A DNA stretch of 32,000 nucleotides from assembly GCF_003428155.1 (NCBI RefSeq), contig NZ_QLIR01000016.1, positions 1 to 32,000 of the forward strand, read 5' to 3'. The stretch is from Fastidiosibacter lacustris. GTDB lineage: Bacteria; Pseudomonadota; Gammaproteobacteria; Francisellales; Francisellaceae. Below the pieces are notes generated by a model, which had not been told where the DNA came from, did no database searches, and saw nothing but the letters and a program-made list of their open reading frames with translations. The position numbers and the translations under genes are program-made. Below are positions 28,908 to 32,000 of the stretch, piece after piece (position 1 is the stretch's first letter; the number at the start of each line of letters is the position of its first letter).

Positions 28908-29506
28908 TGACTACATGGCGCCAATTACGCTTGATTTTACTTATGGTTTGTATCTTATCATTAACTGCTTGTACCCTATTTAAAACACGTGCAATTAACA
29001 CACCTAGAGTAGAAGTGTTTAAAAACCAATGGATTACGCTACCAACGCCACAGATGCTGGATTTAGATTTCACTGCAACTCAAATTCTAAGTGCAACGTA
29101 CAGCATTAAAGGCAAAGCAGAATCCTATATAACAGAAGTGCAAGTTGAAGTAGCACGCAATAAAATCGTTTTGGTTGCAGCAGCTGGTTGGGGAGGGTCG
29201 ATATTTTCATTGTTATATGATGGTAAAACCATTGAAAGTAGTAGCTTACCGATGCCACATGCCGATATGGGAGTTAAGCAAAGTCTAATTGATTTTATTT
29301 TTACTTATGCTCCAACAAATGTATTAAAAACCATGCTTGCTGATAGCCACATAACTCTTGAGGTTGAACCCAACAGACGCTTATTCTATATTGGTACTCA
29401 GCTGGTCATGAAGATTGATTATCAAAATCAACAAGATTTATATTCAGTTGTGCACCTCTATAACTATCAATATCATTATCAAATTAAGATTAAGACGTTA
29501 TTATAG
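28904..29506 (+). CDS. lolB: Outer-membrane lipoprotein insertase LolB
   Basis: Lipobox 'LSLTACTLF', 'KAESYITEVQVEVARNKIVLVAAAGWGGSIFSLLYDGKTIESS'. ATGA overlap with the upstream acyltransferase. Confidence 0.75.
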   Translation: MMTTWRQLRLILLMVCILSLTACTLFKTRAINTPRVEVFKNQWITLPTPQMLDLDFTATQILSATYSIKGKAESYITEVQVEVARNKIVLVAAAGWGGSIFSLLYDGKTIESSSLPMPHADMGVKQSLIDFIFTYAPTNVLKTMLADSHITLEVEPNRRLFYIGTQLVMKIDYQNQQDLYSVVHLYNYQYHYQIKIKTLL

Positions 29507-29651
29507 ATGAATGATTCCTTTGTTACATGCTTTGAAACTCAAGAGGGTATTTTTTGAATTTATTAGACATGAAATCTATGGATATATGGAGCATATAGAG
29601 TTATTTTAATTAACTTGTTGTTCAAATAGCTTTTGAGAAAGGAGAATCCAA

Positions 29652-31055
29652 ATGTTCAAATTTAGTGCAACTTATACCGATTTTTATCAATTGACAATGG
29701 CGCAATGCTATTTTTTAGAAGGTAGAAAGTTTCAAACTGCCACTTTTGATTATTTTTTTCGTAAACATCCCTTTAATGGTGGTTATGCTATATTTGCCGG
29801 ATTACAAAGCTTATTGGAGATATTGGATGGTTTTCTCTTTACCGAACAAGATTTGATATTTTTACAAAGACAAGGTTTTAATCAGCATTTTTTAAATTAT
29901 TTACAAGATTTCAGTTTTCAAGGAGATATCTACTCATTCCAAGAAGGAGATATTGTTTTTCCCAATCAGCCAATTTTAACAGTTTGTGCGAATATTATTG
30001 AAGCCCAAATCGTTGAAACAATCCTTTTAAACGTCTTAAATTTTCAAACCTTGATTGCAACGAAAGCAAGTAGAATACGCCAAGTTGCCAAGGATAAACG
30101 GCTACTTGAATTTGGTCTTCGACGTGCTCAAGGTCCTGGTGGTTTTTTTGCATCACGCGCCGCAATTATTGGGGGATTTGATGCTACAAGCAACGTTCAA
30201 GCAAGTCGAGTACATAATATTCCCGTTGCTGGGACAATGGCGCATTCGTTTATTCAAAGCTATGAAAATGAGCTCGAAGCTTTTCGTCAATATGCAAAAA
30301 GTTTTCCTCACAACACCACTTTATTGGTAGATACCTATAATACATTAAAAAGTGGAATTCCCAATGCAATTACAGTTGCCAAAGAAATGGAAAGCCAGGG
30401 GTTAAGACTAAAGGGTATTCGTTTGGACAGCGGTGATTTAGCATATTTATCAAAAAAAGCAAGGCACATGCTTGATACCGAAGACTTGCAATATGTTGGT
30501 ATTACCGTATCTAATCAGTTAGATGAATCTGTTGTGAAAAGCTTAATCGAACAAGATGCACCTATTGATAGTTTTGGCATTGGGACGTCTTTGGCAATTG
30601 GTTACCCAGATGCTGCTTTAGATGGTGTTTATAAATTGGCACAAATTGATGATCGTCTATGTATTAAGATTTCTGAAAGCATCACAAAAACCACTTTGCC
30701 AGGACATAAACAAGTATACCGTCTTCTGGATCATAACAACCAGTTTTATGGTGGTGATGTTATAACGTTTTTTGATGAAAAATCGATTACCCAAATGCAT
30801 CACCCATTTGAAGCTTTCAAGCATTTGAATATTGATGGTATTGCAAAAGAACCTTTATTACATAAAGTAATGCAGCAAGGGAAGGTTTTATCAAAACAGC
30901 AAGATTTAAATATGATTGCACAATATTGTCGTCAGCGTTTGTCACAACTGCCATCAGAATATAAACGAACAACAAACCCGCATTTATATAAAGTTGGAAT
31001 GAGTGATGCCTTAAAACAAAAGCGTGATCAATTGATTGAGCAATATCATATATAG
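29652..31055 (+). CDS. pncB: Nicotinate phosphoribosyltransferase
   Basis: 'TDFYQLTMAQCYFLEGRKFQTATFDYFFRKHPFNGGYAIFAGL', 'FGLRRAQGPGG', 'GTMAHSFIQSYENELEAFRQYAK', 'LRGIRLDSGDLAYLS'-type motifs, 'SFGIGTSLA'. Confidence 0.93.
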   Translation: MFKFSATYTDFYQLTMAQCYFLEGRKFQTATFDYFFRKHPFNGGYAIFAGLQSLLEILDGFLFTEQDLIFLQRQGFNQHFLNYLQDFSFQGDIYSFQEGDIVFPNQPILTVCANIIEAQIVETILLNVLNFQTLIATKASRIRQVAKDKRLLEFGLRRAQGPGGFFASRAAIIGGFDATSNVQASRVHNIPVAGTMAHSFIQSYENELEAFRQYAKSFPHNTTLLVDTYNTLKSGIPNAITVAKEMESQGLRLKGIRLDSGDLAYLSKKARHMLDTEDLQYVGITVSNQLDESVVKSLIEQDAPIDSFGIGTSLAIGYPDAALDGVYKLAQIDDRLCIKISESITKTTLPGHKQVYRLLDHNNQFYGGDVITFFDEKSITQMHHPFEAFKHLNIDGIAKEPLLHKVMQQGKVLSKQQDLNMIAQYCRQRLSQLPSEYKRTTNPHLYKVGMSDALKQKRDQLIEQYHI

Positions 31056-31240
31056 CCATCGCCTCACCCTAACACATGGTGTAAACAAGCTTACGTTTAC
31101 ATTCCCTAACGATTCCTAATTTGTAATCTACTACATACAGCTTGATACATAAGATAGATATTTTCTTGCGCAAAATTCTGTTAACTTCAATTTTCTGCTT
31201 GCTCGGCAAGACTTTCCAACAGAAATATAAGGTGAACTTT

Positions 31241-32000
31241 ATGCAGAATTTTGGTCGTTTGATCTTTTTTGTTTCTCTTTTTTTTATATCTTTAGTCAAA
31301 TATGCAAATTCTAATGACTTGAGCCTTGATAACTCAACTATCTTCGATTATGGATGCAAGGAACAAAACAATTCAAAATTTAAAGTCATAGTAGAAAAAT
31401 ATGAGCGTCAGCTGTTTTCATTATATGAAAAATGTACTCACATAAATCTTATACGCTCCAATGACCCTAATGTAATAATATCGAACTTTGAGAACGCCTT
31501 AGAGAAGAAAGACATATGCCATGTGTCAACGCACGATATAAAAAAAATGATTTTAGATCGAGGGTATTCGGAAATCACAATGTTGCATATAGCAGCACTA
31601 TTTCCAAAACATAAACTCTATGAAGAAATTTTAAATTTAATAAGATTAGATGCTGATGCAATTGAAGATATAACAGGGGCAACGCCAGAAGATATTAGAA
31701 ATTTAGTTTTTATTGATACTTCAAAAATTGGTCAGGTAGAAGATGGTGTACTTTATAGTAATCACATTAAAAAATCATGTTCTGATATTATTGATAGCTG
31801 GCATAGTAATTATACTAATATAATTTATGATTTAAATAATGTGCTATCTAAAAATTTTGGGTTAAATTATCAACTAAAGTTAAATAACGAATCGCTCAAG
31901 GAAATTTGTATAAATCACAATATCTGTTTATTTTTACCGAATAAAAAACAAAGAAAAAAAATGCAACCAAAGTTAGAGCATTTATTTAAAGACGAGAGGG
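31241..32000 (+). CDS. Partial secreted hypothetical protein with a possible ankyrin-like segment; runs off the right edge
   Basis: My own translation: 'MQNFGRLIFFVSLFFISLVKYANSNDLSLDNSTIFDYGCKEQNNSK...GYSEITMLHIAALFPKHKLYEEILNLIRLDADAIEDITGATPEDIRNLV...'. Open to the window end. Missing from the supplied ORF track, probably because it has no stop codon. Confidence 0.6.
   Translation, partial: MQNFGRLIFFVSLFFISLVKYANSNDLSLDNSTIFDYGCKEQNNSKFKVIVEKYERQLFSLYEKCTHINLIRSNDPNVIISNFENALEKKDICHVSTHDIKKMILDRGYSEITMLHIAALFPKHKLYEEILNLIRLDADAIEDITGATPEDIRNLVFIDTSKIGQVEDGVLYSNHIKKSCSDIIDSWHSNYTNIIYDLNNVLSKNFGLNYQLKLNNESLKEICINHNICLFLPNKKQRKKMQPKLEHLFKDER

Noticed and set aside
31080-31101. 'tgtaaac...gtttaca' inverted repeat after pncB as a terminator
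   Set aside because: It has a 7-bp AT-rich stem and no following T run, so it is too weak to call.
31069-31299. 76-aa ORF (-) near the right end
   Set aside because: It overlaps the start and RBS of the signal-peptide-bearing plus-strand ORF at 31241, is Lys/Arg-rich and low complexity, and has no homology cue.

Overview
This 32 kb, AT-rich window is a gammaproteobacterial chromosomal segment. The DUF3573-like porin hints at a Francisella/Fastidiosibacteraceae-type lineage, which is an inference. Most of it is housekeeping: ubiG-gph, aroE, rluC, kbl-tdh, the tolQRAB-pal-cpoB cluster, fabI, sucCD, bamE, a gmhA/diaA-like SIS gene, a 2-Cys peroxiredoxin, an lpxL-like acyltransferase, lolB and pncB. 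The most interesting parts are: (1) an arginine -> citrulline -> ornithine -> proline cluster (ornithine cyclodeaminase, arginine deiminase, CtlX-like citrulline hydrolase) in which the arginine deiminase is frameshifted by a G9 tract immediately before its catalytic-Cys motif; (2) a DNA-3-methyladenine glycosylase broken by one in-frame TGA; (3) a probable polymorphic-toxin C-terminus (PD-(D/E)xK-like) with an overlapping downstream immunity candidate at the left edge; (4) degraded IS256-family transposase remnants in opposite orientations between tdh and cpoB; (5) a secreted, ankyrin-like ORF open at the right edge. No CRISPR array, tRNA or rRNA was recognised. I did not find clear evidence of a wholly new multi-gene system. 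The G9 arginine deiminase and the left-edge toxin/immunity pair are the best leads.
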